Shown: positions 1 through 12,680 of the stretch, in pieces
How positions within the stretch are numbered: position 1 is the stretch's first letter
How the letters are laid out: each line of letters opens with the position of its first letter
Assembly (NCBI GenBank): GCA_951406725.2
Contig: OX597821.1
Span: forward strand, 17,732,001 to 17,796,000
Length of the DNA stretch: 64,000 bases
DNA from: Octopus vulgaris
Taxonomy: Eukaryota
Direction of reading: 5' to 3'
Notes under the pieces: generated by a model
What the model was told of the DNA's origin: nothing
Database searches by the model: none
The model's input: only the letters and a program-made list of their open reading frames with translations
Program-made: the position numbers and the translations under genes

Positions 1-670
1 CCTGCCTTTCTTGTCGAGAGTCGTGGCAGGCTATGTAGGTAGGCACTGAAGTCCACCCTACGTTCTTGCCCTCCACTCGTCCCGAACAGTCGGGCAAAAT
101 GCTGCTGAAAGGCCTCACACATTTTACTTGGCTCGAGCAATTCGCGCCCCTGTTCATCTACCAGTGACCGAATGGTGGCTTTGTTGCCCTGTTGCGCCTC
201 TGCCACCCGGGCCTCTCTCGCGGCTCCAACACCTTCGTTCCTTAGAGCACGCATCCTAGCTCTGACAGCACATCCTTCGTGTTTGGCATTGAAGTGTTGG
301 TCGAGGGCCAACCTCGCCGCCAAAACGTCGGATGCGATGCCGCTTCTAATTGCCTCTTCTAGCTTCTTAACTAGCTCACCCTCTACTCTATTTCTATCTA
401 TGGCTAGTGCTTTGCTGTACCTAATCGCTTCTGCTTTTACTGCTCTCTTGAGGGCAAACCACCATTTGTTGTTGATGATGGCTCCCGTCAAAGCCCTCTT
501 TACTAGTGTGCTAATCCGGTCTCTGAAAACTTGTCTGGACAGGAATGATGCGTTCAGTTTCCAGTACCCAGGACCCTGTCTATGTGCCTTATCTAAGTCT
601 AGCGTACACGTCACCAATTTGTGATCCGTGTAGCTGACTGTGTGGAATTGTGGACATCCTAAGTTATCCT
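1..670 (-). mobile_element. L1/Tx1-clade non-LTR retrotransposon ORF2 fragment (end of APE endonuclease plus linker)
   Basis: Minus strand reads SYTDHKLV (APE SDH motif region) followed by GPGYWKLNASFL, typical of Tx1/L1 ORF2. It runs off the window edge and stops at the (GATA)n tract. Confidence 0.8.
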
Positions 671-682
671 TGTCTACTGTCC

Positions 683-774
<92 letters not shown>

Positions 775-878
775 CGGACAGACAGAAAGACACACACACA
801 CATATACATACATACATACATACATACATACATACATACATACATACATACATACATACATACATACATACATACATA
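683..878. repeat. Compound microsatellite (GATA)n/(CA)n/(CATA)n
   Basis: Directly visible. Confidence 0.97.
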
Positions 879-879
879 A

Positions 880-1550
880 ACACCAACTCAAGGAATACTG
901 ATGGAATATTCTCATCAAAAGTTCTGTCAAATGTAAGCATAAGAGGCCTGATATTGCTGTTTGAGACAGAGGGGCAAAGGTATGTACCATCATAGAGGTA
1001 AGCTGCCCTGCAGATATAACTATCTCTTTGAAGATCAAAGAAAAAGAGGATCTCTATGGGCAACTGCTTCGAAACCTCCAGCTTCAATATCCAGACTATG
1101 AATTCATAATCATACCAATAATGATTGAAGCACTAAGTTTTGTTAATAAAATACCTGAATAAGCTGGGATTTTCAGAAAGAGAAATCGACCGGCTAATTC
1201 GTACATTGCAAGAGTAATCTGTGAGTGGAAGACTTTTCTCAAGTTCCAATTGTGAATTTGTCTGTGTTAACTACAGCCCAAAGATGGAGCCTTGTATCTT
1301 TGTTGGAAACCAGTTCCCTCCTCAGTGGAAGATTTATGATAATCAAAAAATAGAAGAGACACATACATAAAACTGTAAAACTGTCCAGAAGTTTATCGTT
1401 TAAGTATACATAAACGTGTCTAAATATGCAAGTATATGCATGAGAAGACATACATAAAACAAAAAATACATACATACATACATACGTCCATACGTACATA
1501 CATACATACATACATACATACATACATACATACATACATACATACATACA
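880..1550 (+). mobile_element. R4/Dong-like (REL endonuclease) retrotransposon 3' fragment, degenerate
   Basis: Reads KCKHKRPDIAV*DRGAKVCTIIEVSCPAD (PD..E motif). Its 3' part matches 2260-2400. Flanked by (CATA)n. Confidence 0.7.
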
Positions 1551-1599
1551 TTCAGTATGGTAGTAATATCGATCATCAAAGCAGTTTATCATAGATGAA

Positions 1600-2592
1600 T
1601 AGCCGGATTATTACTTCCCATTTTGAAGAGTATGCATTTGCAATCCAGGAACAGGAAATATCAACCAAGTAGCTGATGCACAAAAGGAATAGAGATGCGG
1701 GAAAGGTCGTAAAGTGTGACAACCAATGCAGACTTTGTGGAGCTCACACTGAAGATATCACCCACATCATAAGCAGTTGCTCGAAAATGGCATCACGGTA
1801 TTATCTACTGATGAGACATGACGTTGTAGCTAGAACACTCTATGATGAAATCTGTCGGAAGGAAAATTCCGAGGACAAAGAAATAAAAACCTGCAATATG
1901 GTAGAGCCATATCCTCTCGTAATGAAAAGGAATACTGGTGGAATGTGCCAGTGAAAACCTCAATAAAATGTAAGCACAGCAGACCTGATATAATGATTTA
2001 AGATAAAGAAGAGAAACTGTGCACAGTTGTAGAAATTAGCTGCCCAGCAGGTGTTGACATAGAGCTGAAGATCAGTGAAAAAGGGAACTACTGAGAAATC
2101 TACAGTCACCCTATCCAGATTACAAGCTCAGCTTTATACCTGTAATTATTGGGGTCCTGGGATATGTAACACACTACCTAAATACCAATCTTGAGAAATT
2201 AGGTTTCTCAAAACCAAGAAGGAGAAAGCTAATTCGAAGGCTACAAATCCAGTCCATCACTGGAACTGTAAAAATCTGTAAAACTTTCCAGAAGTTTATC
2301 ACTTAAATATATATGAGCATGTCAAGATATGTAACTCTACGCATGAGAATACATACATAAAACACACAAATTTACACATACACACATACATACATACATA
2401 CATACATACATACATACATACATACATACATACATACATACATGCATGCATACATACATACATGCATACATACATACTTACCATGTTGTTGATGTTGAAA
2501 TTTCAATGAAGGAACCTTGGAACTAGGTTAGAAACCGGTTCTTTCTCTATTGGCAAGAAATCTTGAAATAAACTGAATAAAGACATACATAC
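1600..2592 (+). mobile_element. R4/Dong-like retrotransposon 3' fragment (CCHC knuckle, RHD, PD-(D/E)xK nuclease, 3' UTR)
   Basis: CRLCGAHTEDITHIISSCSKMASRYYLLMRHDVVA, then KHSRPDIMI and EISCPA with frameshifts. The 3' UTR ends AATAAA-GACATACATAC. Confidence 0.82.
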
Positions 2593-3046
2593 GTAGTACA
2601 TTTCTGCTCTCAAACTTAACTGTATAGACTACATGGTTCACAACAATTATCACTCGATTTTAACTAATTTGTGTTACTATAGAGTGCTCAAAAAGTCTTC
2701 GCCTGAATTTTACTATCCCTATTCCTTTGTGTTGTGTGAGTGTGTGTGTACACGGTATTCGTATATTAAGCAGCATTAAATGAATATAACCGCCTATGTT
2801 TCATTAGTTCGTATTTATCGCGGGTGATAGAGTTCATCTAGTCTTGTGGTTGTGAGTACACGTCATTGATAAGCGCCAAAGGGAGCGGAATGCATCTGGT
2901 ATTCCGGCCAGCACCTGCCGACACGATTCATTTTATAAGCACTGCACGTCTATAAGAGATTTTGTTTTAAATCTCTGATGCAATTTTCAGTATCTTGCCT
3001 GTCAGCGATGTACACACGTTTAGTATAATACATATATTGATATATA

Positions 3047-4259
3047 CAGGGTGTGGTGAATATATTATCATCTAAATTACGCAAAAAGGAAAATAACACC
3101 GACATCACGTTTTAACAGATGTGTTTACAAAAATTACATTAAAATATCTTGAAAGTGTAACGTTTATTTGATGACATAATGTGGCATATACAAGAACTGT
3201 GTTACTGTTTTTCAGCCCCAGGAAAACATCTTTTCCTTTTGGTTACCGACACATAGTTTGTGCCCGTATAGTATATGCAAGGAAAGTCATCACTCTCACC
3301 TCTAGCCTTACGTGATACTCACAGACCTAGGTTTCTGAATAGTTACCAGTCCTCAGTGTGAGACAATCACCAGCTAGTGATGGGGTCTTTCTCCACTTGC
3401 AAATACTATATATTTTCTAAGTGACACACAGACGCTGATCTTGTAAAGAAAAAAGCAACTTGTTTAAAATCTCTGAGAGTGAGATATGCAGTAACAGTAC
3501 CTAATAGTAAAGTTTGTTTGCCAACATAATGTGGCAGTCCGATACAAGGACGATACCTATCGCCATTGGCTTCAACCAGGGCCTCCAGACAAATTCGGAA
3601 TCTCCTGCAACTCTTTTGGATGGTCTTCTTGCTTAAGTGGGTCAATGCTGCCATAACCCTTGCCTTCAGTTCATATTTGGTGTTACAAGGAATTTTGTTG
3701 GTCTCTCGCACAACTGCGCCCCACACATAGTAATGAAGGGGTTTGCAGTCTGCGGGGTTATGTGGCCTGATGTTAGGAGTGATGTGGTTTCAGAAATTGT
3801 CTGACAGCCATGACTGGCATGGTGCAGAGTCTTGTTGACAGACATAGGGTCTTCCAGCAATCACTCACTTGATCCTGGCAGCACTACAGGCACTTGATGT
3901 AGGCCTCTGTGTTGAGTGTGAGGGCGTGTGGAAAGAGGAACAGAAGCATAACGTCGCTACCACTAGTGATCACTCCTAACACCATGATGTTGACTGCGTG
4001 CTTTGGAGACACGGCAAGCCAACGGTTCTTCTGTGTGTTCACCATGTGTTCCTGTTGGAGCTTCCGGTGTAAATGCAAAACAGTACAGCATGCCGTTTCC
4101 AAATTTCTGGCAGAGTTAATTGCGTCATGGTGCTGTTTTTCTCACAGACGGTGCCCAGCTGACACTACTATACTGTGTAGTCAACAAAATCAAAAACAAA
4201 CAATGCACATGCGTGAAACTAAAAATATAAAATGGCGACTATTTATCCATTGCACCCTG
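3047..4259 (-). mobile_element. Degenerate Tc1/mariner DNA transposon
   Basis: TA-CAGGGTG...CACCCTG-TA termini. Frameshifted transposase remnants include PHNPADCKPLHYYVWG (equivalent to WPxxSPDLNPLDYxxWG) and ELKARV...LEALVEANG. Confidence 0.75.
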
Positions 4260-5550
4260 TATCTTCACAAATTGTTGTGAAGATTTTTTCGGCTTAAATG
4301 AAACTTGTGTGTGTGTGTGTGTGTGTGTGTTGTGTGTGTGTATGTATGTATGTATGTATGTATGTATGTATGTATGTATGTATGTATACTAGCAGTAAAA
4401 CCCGTCATTGGTAATTACTTTTACTGTTTATCGGGAGCCACATTGAAAGTATCATTATATGTATAATTTACTCCTCCTCTGTGTGTGTACTTTTAGAAGA
4501 GAAAACCATGTAATAACTGAAGTACAAGAAAGATCAATATCATACATGAACTTGTATTTGTTTATGATATAACAACAATAAATGAGTTGTATATGTTATT
4601 TTATTTATCTATACAGTAATGGCAATGATATAATATTTTTATAAGAGAAAAACAGGTAATAATTGAAGTAGAAAAAAAAATGTTTATACATGAAGTTCTG
4701 TTTGTTTATTACATGATAATAATAAGTAAGATGTACGTGTTATTTTATTTATACAGTAATACAATAAAATTTAAAATACAGTAGTGACAATTATATAATA
4801 CATTTCATTGAAATAGGTAACTTAGTCGTTCTTGAATGTAATGATAGTAATGGTAAATGAAGTTATTGAAGTATTCATGTTGCATTAAGAATGAATATTG
4901 TTTTTTTTTTCTTTGTTTTATTTTGGGGTATATAAGCCTTTACTACACACAGTGAGAATGATTGGGTCAATGAAGATTGTGCACAATTAATCTTGTACCA
5001 TTGCATAATTTTGGTTGAGGCAAAAAATGTAATAGCATAATAGGTGCCCCTTTTTGAACTGAAGACAACGAGGAACAGTACCTGGTGGTTGGAATGAGTT
5101 AAAGAATTCGATGGGGTTGTTGATACTATCCTGATAATCAACAACGCTGTCAATTGAATTATAAGTGAAGACTTCTGGAAGTTTATTCAATAGCATATTA
5201 TTAACAGTATGTAGGGGAACATTTTTTGGAGCCAGGATAGCTCCATCACTGATGTAATCTGTATTGTTGTATTTATGAAGAAGATTAGGAAAGATTTCAT
5301 ACATCAAATCATCGCTGAAATCAGTTGAATTATATATTGCATTGAGTGTAAAAAACTGCTCTTCATCAATTGGAACTCTCCCTTCGCAGAGTTTCAAAAG
5401 CTGCTCTGCAAATAGTTCAGCTGACTGAGCTCTTGAAAGCGTCGATCTCATATAATAATTGACGTAGAAAAGAGATGAACTCCATACATCAACTTGTGTT
5501 TGTTTATTATATGACAATAGTAAGTTTTGTTTTTTGATTATATTTATCAA

Positions 5551-5935
5551 CTAGCAGTATCGCCCGGCGTTGCTCGGGTTTGTAAGGTAAATAACTATAT
5601 ATGCATTTTTAGAGAGTTATAGCCAAAAAATAGCAAAAAATGAAAAAAAAATGATGGTAAATTTTTTTTAAATCGTTGACTCATCGTAGACATTTTTAGA
5701 GAGTTACTTCCCTTATATAATAGCGAAAACAATGCATTAAAATGGAAAAAAATGATGGTAAATTTTTTTTAAATCGTAGACTCATCGTAGACGCGCGCTA
5801 ATACCCAGAAGGGCTCAATATGAATCACGACTATAAGATACCCGGTTTTGGTTAAACTGCACCGCAAAATGTGGGAGTAGTTAGGAATCTAAATCGTAGG
5901 AGACAGACACACAACTTGATTTTTATATATAAAGA
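5551..5935 (-). mobile_element. Non-autonomous Helitron
   Basis: 5' TC and 3' CCCGAGCAACGCCGGG hairpin plus CTAG, inserted between A and T. Near-identical to 38455-38853. Confidence 0.85.
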
Positions 5936-6062
5936 TATCAATACAGTAATGGTAATTATATAATACAGTTCACTGAAATAGGTAATTTAGTCATTCTTGA
6001 ATGCAATGACAGTAATGAGAAATTAAGTTATTGAAGTATTCATGTTGCATTAAGAGTGAATA

Positions 6063-6575
6063 TCTATATATATAAAACTGTAGTTGTGTGAGTGTCTGTC
6101 CCCTTCGATTTAGATTCCTAACTACTCCCACATTTTGCGGTGCAGTTTAACCAAATTCGGGTATCTTATAGTCGTGATTCATATCGAGCCCGTCTGAGTA
6201 TTAGCGCGCGTCTACGATGAGTCTACGATTTTAAAAATAATTTAACATCATTTTTTATTCCATTTTAATGCATAATTTTTCGTGTGTTGATGGCGGCGGA
6301 GTTGGCGTCCATGGTCACACCTGCACCTGTTTGCTTCTCCCCCTTCTTCCCTCCCTCGTGAAGCTGTGGGGAAGGGAGTGTACGGAAATCAACGTCGTAA
6401 AGCGTTGTCAAGGAGACCAGCGTTCTTTTAGAACAACGACTTCATGGCTTGAAGACACCAAAACAGAAATGGCTAAGAAAGCCCGAATTGGCATCTATAA
6501 GGGAAGTAACTCTCTAAAAATGCTTATATAGTTATTTCCCTTACAAACCCGAGCAACGCCGGGCGATACTGCTAG
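6063..6575 (+). mobile_element. Non-autonomous Helitron (same family, different internal segment)
   Basis: A|TCTATATATATAAAA...CCCGAGCAACGCCGGGCGATACTGCTAG|T. Confidence 0.85.
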
Positions 6576-7882
6576 TTTCTTTATAAACAATGTTTCTTTG
6601 TTTTATTTCGTGATGCAATACGCAAAAGATTTGCTATTGCTCCCACACGTGATGCTCCTACATAAAGTTGGTTATGTGAAAAGCATGGTTCTTCAAGTTG
6701 CAATCCTGCAGCTTTTAGTGTTTGACCCTGACTTTTATCAATACTCATGGCAAAAGAAACTCGGATAGGAAACTGTAACCGTTTAAATTGGAATGTGATA
6801 TTAGATGGTATAACTGGTATGCGAGAAATGAAGACAGTGTCACCTTTACCACAACCAGAATATTTGCCTCATTGCAGTTCCGCATAAGTTTGTGCACAAT
6901 TAATCTTGTACCGTTGCATAATTTTGGTTAAGACAAATTACGCAATAGCATAGTAGGAGTCCTTTTTTTTCAGCTGAAGACACTGAGGAGCTGTACCTGG
7001 TAATTCTAGAGAGTTCAAAAATTTGATGGGGTAGTTAATACTATCCTGATCATCAACAACACTGTCAATTGAGTTATAAGTAAATATTTCTCTCAGAAGC
7101 TTATTCAATAGTATATTATTAATGCTATATACTGCAACATTTTTTTGAGCCAGGATAGCTCGCTCAAAGGATAGCTCTGTATTGCTGTAATTATGAAGAA
7201 GATTAGGAAAGGTGTGTGTGTGTGTACTTTTAGTGAGGGAAAAAGAAAGAAAAAGAGAGAGAGAGAGAGAAAAGGAGAAAGAAAGACAGAGAGAAAGAAA
7301 GAGAGGGAAAATAGATAGACAGAGAAGAAAGAAAATCGTAGAGAGATGGTTTCTGGTTTTAGTTTCACGTTATGGGACAAACAGACAAGAAGATAGAATA
7401 AACCTATTTATCCAATCTACTCAACGGATTGAGTTCTATATCAGAAAATGTTTGCTCAAAGTAAAACATATCCGTATATATTTTACAATACTACCATAAC
7501 GATACGCGTGTGTGTGTCAGTATGTGTGTATGTGCGCGCGAGTGTGTGATTTTTACCTTTACTATAGAAAATGTATGAATAAAAATGTATATGTATGAGA
7601 CATGAAATGCACATGTGTTCAGATTTCTTATGTAAAAATCTTTACTTGTATGCTTCCATAATTTCATCTTTTACACTTTATTTGTTTCAGTCATTAGACT
7701 GCAGCCATTGAATAATGTAGTGGAACAAATCGATCCTAAATACATTTTTAAAGCTTGGTACTTATTTCTATTGTTTTTCTATGCCGAACTGCTATATAGC
7801 AGATACGTACACAAACCAACACCTGATCAGAGGTGAAGGGGGACAAACACAGATCTAGTGACACACATAGATATGTTTGCAT

Positions 7883-8111
7883 GGCCAGCTGGCAGAGACG
7901 TTAGCACGCTGGGCGAAATACATAGTGGTATTTCGTCTGCCGTTACGTTCTGAGTTCAAATTCCGCCGAGGTCGACTTTGTCTTTCATCCTTTCGAGGTC
8001 GATAAATTAAGTACCAGTTACGCACTGGAGTCGATGTAATCGACTTAATCCCTTTGTCTGTTCTTGTTTGTCCCCTCTATGCTTAGCCCCTTGTGGGCAA
8101 TAAAGAAATAA
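7883..8111 (+). mobile_element. tRNA-derived SINE family A
   Basis: A-box-like GAGCTGGCAGA, B-box GAGTTCAAATTCC, central GCCTTTCATCCTTTCGGGGTCGATAAA domain. Further copies at about 10441-10651, 10680-10835(-), 14678-14908, 20003-20218(-), 26718-26945, 31380-31595(-), 51660-51890 and 52348-52554. Confidence 0.85.
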
Positions 8112-8175
8112 GATATTTATTTGTTCCACGTCCTCGCGTTGCTGTGTTTTTTTTTGTGTGTTTTCTTGTTTGGAT

Positions 8176-8233
<58 letters not shown>

Positions 8234-9116
8234 ACGGGTTTCTTTCTGTTTGCATCTACCAAATCCACTCACAGGGTTTTGGTCGGCCACGGGCTGTAGT
8301 AGAAGACACTTGCCAAAGGTGCCACACAGTGGGACTGAACCCAGAACCGTGTGGCTGAGAAGCAAGTTTCTTGCCACCCAGACGTACACATTTATAATTT
8401 TTGTCTATTTAGTAATCGAAAATGTGACAAGTGTTCAATAAAACATTGTTTTAGAAGTGACAGCGGACCCCAAATTTTCCCATCGCTGACAATAGACTTT
8501 GAAGACAAAACATTTCATTATTTCCAAACTGCTGACGTGTAACTGTGAACAGAGGCGTCGATCGAAAGAAAGCGTTATAGTTCGAAATTGTAAGCCCCTT
8601 GCTTATCTCACGTATATGCAGACACACGCGCAAGCTCACACACACCATATGTATGTATGTGTGTGTATGTATGTATGTATGTATGTATGTATGTATGTAT
8701 GTATGTATGTATGTCATAATGAGGGGACGGAGTGGAAAAACAGTGAGAGAGAGCGGTGTGTATAGAGAGGGAATAATCAATTTAACAGATTAAGGCTGTA
8801 TTGACATGTTTTTATAGATCTTTGTTTCTGACGGTGATATTGAATGTTACCACCTGTTGAGCGTGTATAGGATTAATCCAATTGAAGAGACAGGTACAAG
8901 TTATCCATGTAGTTTACATACAGAAAACAAATCTTTGATCAAAGCCACCATTTTCTGTGTGTTTCTGTACGCGTTGCTCTATTTACGAGACCATTCTTAT
9001 TGTTAGCCTCTGTATATACCTGTCGTTATATATGATTGCGATGGGTAAATTAGATGACAGTTTATGCACCGCACCTTTTGTGTGTGAGTGTGCGCGCGCG
9101 CATGTTTGTGTGTGTC

Positions 9117-9208
<92 letters not shown>

Positions 9209-9269
9209 GCAATAAGAAAATGGAAGGGATCAATAGGTGGTTCATCAACTTTTAGACATTATATTATGT

Positions 9270-9907
9270 GGATCTTTTCCTTTTGAACGGCAGACAATTT
9301 CTAGTAAACACTTTAAAACTTCGTATACTGGTAGAATGTGTCAAAATAAAACATTTTTTTCTCTTGGCTTTCTTGAGAAAATTGTAATTTGTTTGTTTAA
9401 CGTAGTTTAATTTTTCGAATTTTAACCAATCCTATGCTCTCTTTTGAGCTAAAATCATTTGCTGCGTCTAAAACTGAGACAGCATCCTGTAACTAACCCT
9501 AAACCTCCCCCTAACCCTAACCCTAACCCTAACCCCAATTTTTTTTCTTAATTGTTAAATTAATTTAATTGTTACGCGTGTAAAAAAACTAAAGCAATGG
9601 AATTAAATTAATTTAACAATTAAAAAAAATTTGGGGTTAGGGTTAGGGGGGAGGTTTAGGGTTAGTTACATGATGTCTCAGTTTTAGACGCAGCAAATGA
9701 TTTTAGTTGAATGGAGGTAATCGATTGGCTAAAATTGCCGAAATGCTCGGATTTTCAGACGAAATATCTTACAAACTATAGAATTTTCTCAATAAAACCA
9801 AGAGAAAATGATGTTTTATAAACACATTCTACCAGTATACGAAGTTTTTTAAGTGTTTAGTTAACTAGAAATTGTGTTGACATCTGCCGTTCAAAAGGAA
9901 AAGATCC
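9270..9907. mobile_element. Foldback MITE with long TIRs, 8-bp TSD and internal telomere-like repeats (Merlin-like termini)
   Basis: GGATCTTTTCCTTTTGAACGGCAG...CTGCCGTTCAAAAGGAAAAGATCC, with TSD TATTATGT on both sides. Confidence 0.85.
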
Positions 9908-11092
9908 TATTATGTTAACTTATTTATTTATTTACTAAACTGACAATTACAATAATATACATACATGTATAACATATTTTGCTTTACATCTAAGATATAA
10001 AATATATTAATATATATATTTGTATCTTATATGTAAAGCATAATATGTTATACATGTATGTATATTATTGTAAAACGGGTGAAAGCTTATACGCCAAACA
10101 AATGCGATATTCCAGAAATTGATCTCTTTTCATTTGACCATTTCGGCTCCTCGTGCAAGAAATTGTCTTTCCTTCTCGACTAAGGGTTATAGCTTCTGTA
10201 AAGATCTTTCAGTTATTATTGGTTTCAAATTTTGGTACGAGGTCAGCTATTTCGGGAGAGGGGTTGGTCGACTACACCGTTCAGCATTTTTCCCGGCGTG
10301 CTAATGATTCTGCCAGCTCGCTGCCTTATAACAGAACAGATATTGATTTCAAATTTTGGCACAAGGCCAGCATGTTCGGGAAGGGGACTAGTTGATTACA
10401 TCGACCCCAGTAGTATTTAACTGGTATTTATTTTATCGGTGACCTGGCAGAAACGTTAACACGCCGGTCCAAATGCCTAGCGGTATTTCATCTGCCGTTA
10501 CGTTGTGAGTTCAAATTCCGTCGAGGTCGACTTTGCCTTTCATCCTTTCGGGGTCGATAAATTAAGTACCAGTTACGCACTGGGTCGATGTAATCGACTT
10601 AATACCTATGTCTGTCCTTGTTTTGTCCCCTCTGTGGGTAATAAAGAAATAGGTATTTATTTTATCGAGTAGGTTGATTACACTTACCTCAGTTCTCAAC
10701 TGGTATTTATTTTATTAACTCAGAAGGATGAAAGGCAAAGTCGACCTCGGCGGAATTTGAACTCAAAACGTAATGGACGAATTGTCGTTAAATATTTTGT
10801 CAGGCATGCCAACAATTCTGCCAGCTCGCCGCCTTGAACTGAACAAATATTGGTAAACAGAATAACAAATACATACCACCGGCATGTATTTGACAAACAT
10901 AGATAAACACAAGTATATCAAATACTCTATGAAATAAATTATTGATTTATTAAAATTGTCTCTGCCTCTAGAGGATATATCGCAACTACCAAACGGCGAT
11001 TAAGAAAAAGTTCTGCAAAACATGATTTTAACGGAGAAAACTCTTTAACATCAGTAATGCAGTATTAAGTAATATATAGAAATATTTTAACA

Positions 11093-11481
11093 TTTAGACG
11101 CAGCAAATGATTTTAGTTGAATGGAGGTAATCGATTGGTTAAAATTGCCGAAATGCTCGGATTTTCAGACGAAATATCTTACAAACTATAGAATTTTCTC
11201 AATAAAACCAAGAGAAAATGATGTTTTATAAACACATTCTACCAGTATACGAAGTTTTAAAGTGTTTAGTTAACTAGAAATTGTGTTGACATCTGCCGTT
11301 CAAAAGGAAAAGATCCTATTATGTTAACTTATTTATTTATTTACTAAACTGACAATTACAATAATATACATACATGTATAACATATTTTGCTTTACATCT
11401 AAGATATAAAATATATTAATATATGTATTTGTATCTTATATGTAAAGCATAATATGTTATACATGTATGTATATTATTGTA
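11093..11481 (+). repeat. Direct duplication of 9682-10071 (right half of the MITE plus its flank)
   Basis: Near-identical sequence, including the host flank beyond the TIR. Confidence 0.9.
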
Positions 11482-12287
11482 TTGGAGTATATTTTGTTGA
11501 TTATAGTTTAACGAAGCTTAAAGACGATTTCTGTCAGATTAGAACACAGAGAGCTGAAAATAGATATTTAAAATAAAGAATTCTTTTAATCAGTCATATC
11601 ATCCAATGTTTCGGTCATTTCCGTCACATTAATTCATTAACGCTGAAATGATACAAAATCTTCGGAATAAAGTCTAACTTCTGTTTTATTATTGTTGTCG
11701 TTAGTTCAGTAACTAATCTTGTCAATTGTTTATTTATTCTACATTATCACCATTATGATCTGATTCATAAAAAGCACAGATAAAAAATAATAATCACATT
11801 TGTAACTAAAGAACACTTTTTGAACTGGAAATTCATTTACAAATTAATTTATAAATAGCAGCCAATCAACTGAGGTACTAATTAAGGTTTGACAAAATCT
11901 AATTATTCTATTATTAGTCTACATTAATCGTCGTTATTGTTGCCGTTGTTATTTCGGGTGTTAACTTTTGTTTTCGTCTGATTAATTACAGTCACTCGAA
12001 GCACTTCTGTAAATTGGTCTCCAGAAAAGCAAGTTATATTATCTTGTTTCTTATTTATTCATTTTAATTGCTTATTAGAAGATTTCGTTTTCTATCATTT
12101 TCTTATGGCGCCAGGATCCAGCATAATTGTCACAGTTCATCGAATATCTGGACAAAGAAGGTATATTTAATGTAAATTTATTACCATATTGTGTTGCTGT
12201 AGTTGTAGAACTTTATCATTATCTTTCATAACAGGGTGTGAATTCATACAATCGCTAGCGCATCGAATACAATGCTTTTCGATATTG

Positions 12288-12680
12288 GCGGCGAGCTGGC
12301 AGAATCAATAGCATGCTGGGCGGAATGCTTAGCGGTATTTCGTCTGCCTTTATGGTCTGAGTTCAAATACCGCCGAGGTCGACTTTGCCTTTCATCCTTT
12401 CGGGGTCGATAAATTAAGTACCAGTTACGCACTGGGGTCGACGTAATCGACTTAATCCGTTTGTCTGTCCTTGTTTGTCCCCTCTGTGTTTAGCCCCTTG
12501 TGGGTAGTAAAGAAATAGGTATTTCGTCTGTTTTTATGTTCTGAGTTCAAATACCACTGAGGTCGACTTTGCCTTTCATCCTTTCGAGGTCGATAAATTA
12601 TGTACTAGTTTCGTACTGGGGTCGATCTAATCGACTGGCTCCCTCCCCCTAAAACTTCGGGCCTTGTGCCTAGAGTATAA
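12288..12680 (+). mobile_element. Dimeric/composite SINE family A
   Basis: A full monomer is followed by a restart at GGTATTTCGTCTG with a different tail. Flanked by an imperfect direct repeat CGAATACAAYGYTTTTCGATATT. Confidence 0.78.

Larger units (their letters stand above)
4389..7210 (-). mobile_element. Helitron remnant with two tandem PIF1-helicase 3' segments, interrupted by two non-autonomous Helitrons
   Basis: Helicase motifs AILAPKN...VNN...YNSIDSV...PIEFFNSFQPPG at 4990-5450 and a second copy at 6600-7210. 4780-4900 is repeated at 5940-6060. CTAG 3' terminus at 4389. Confidence 0.75.

Noticed and set aside
172-624. 150-aa plus-strand ORF
   Set aside because: It is the antisense shadow of the minus-strand L1/Tx1 ORF2.
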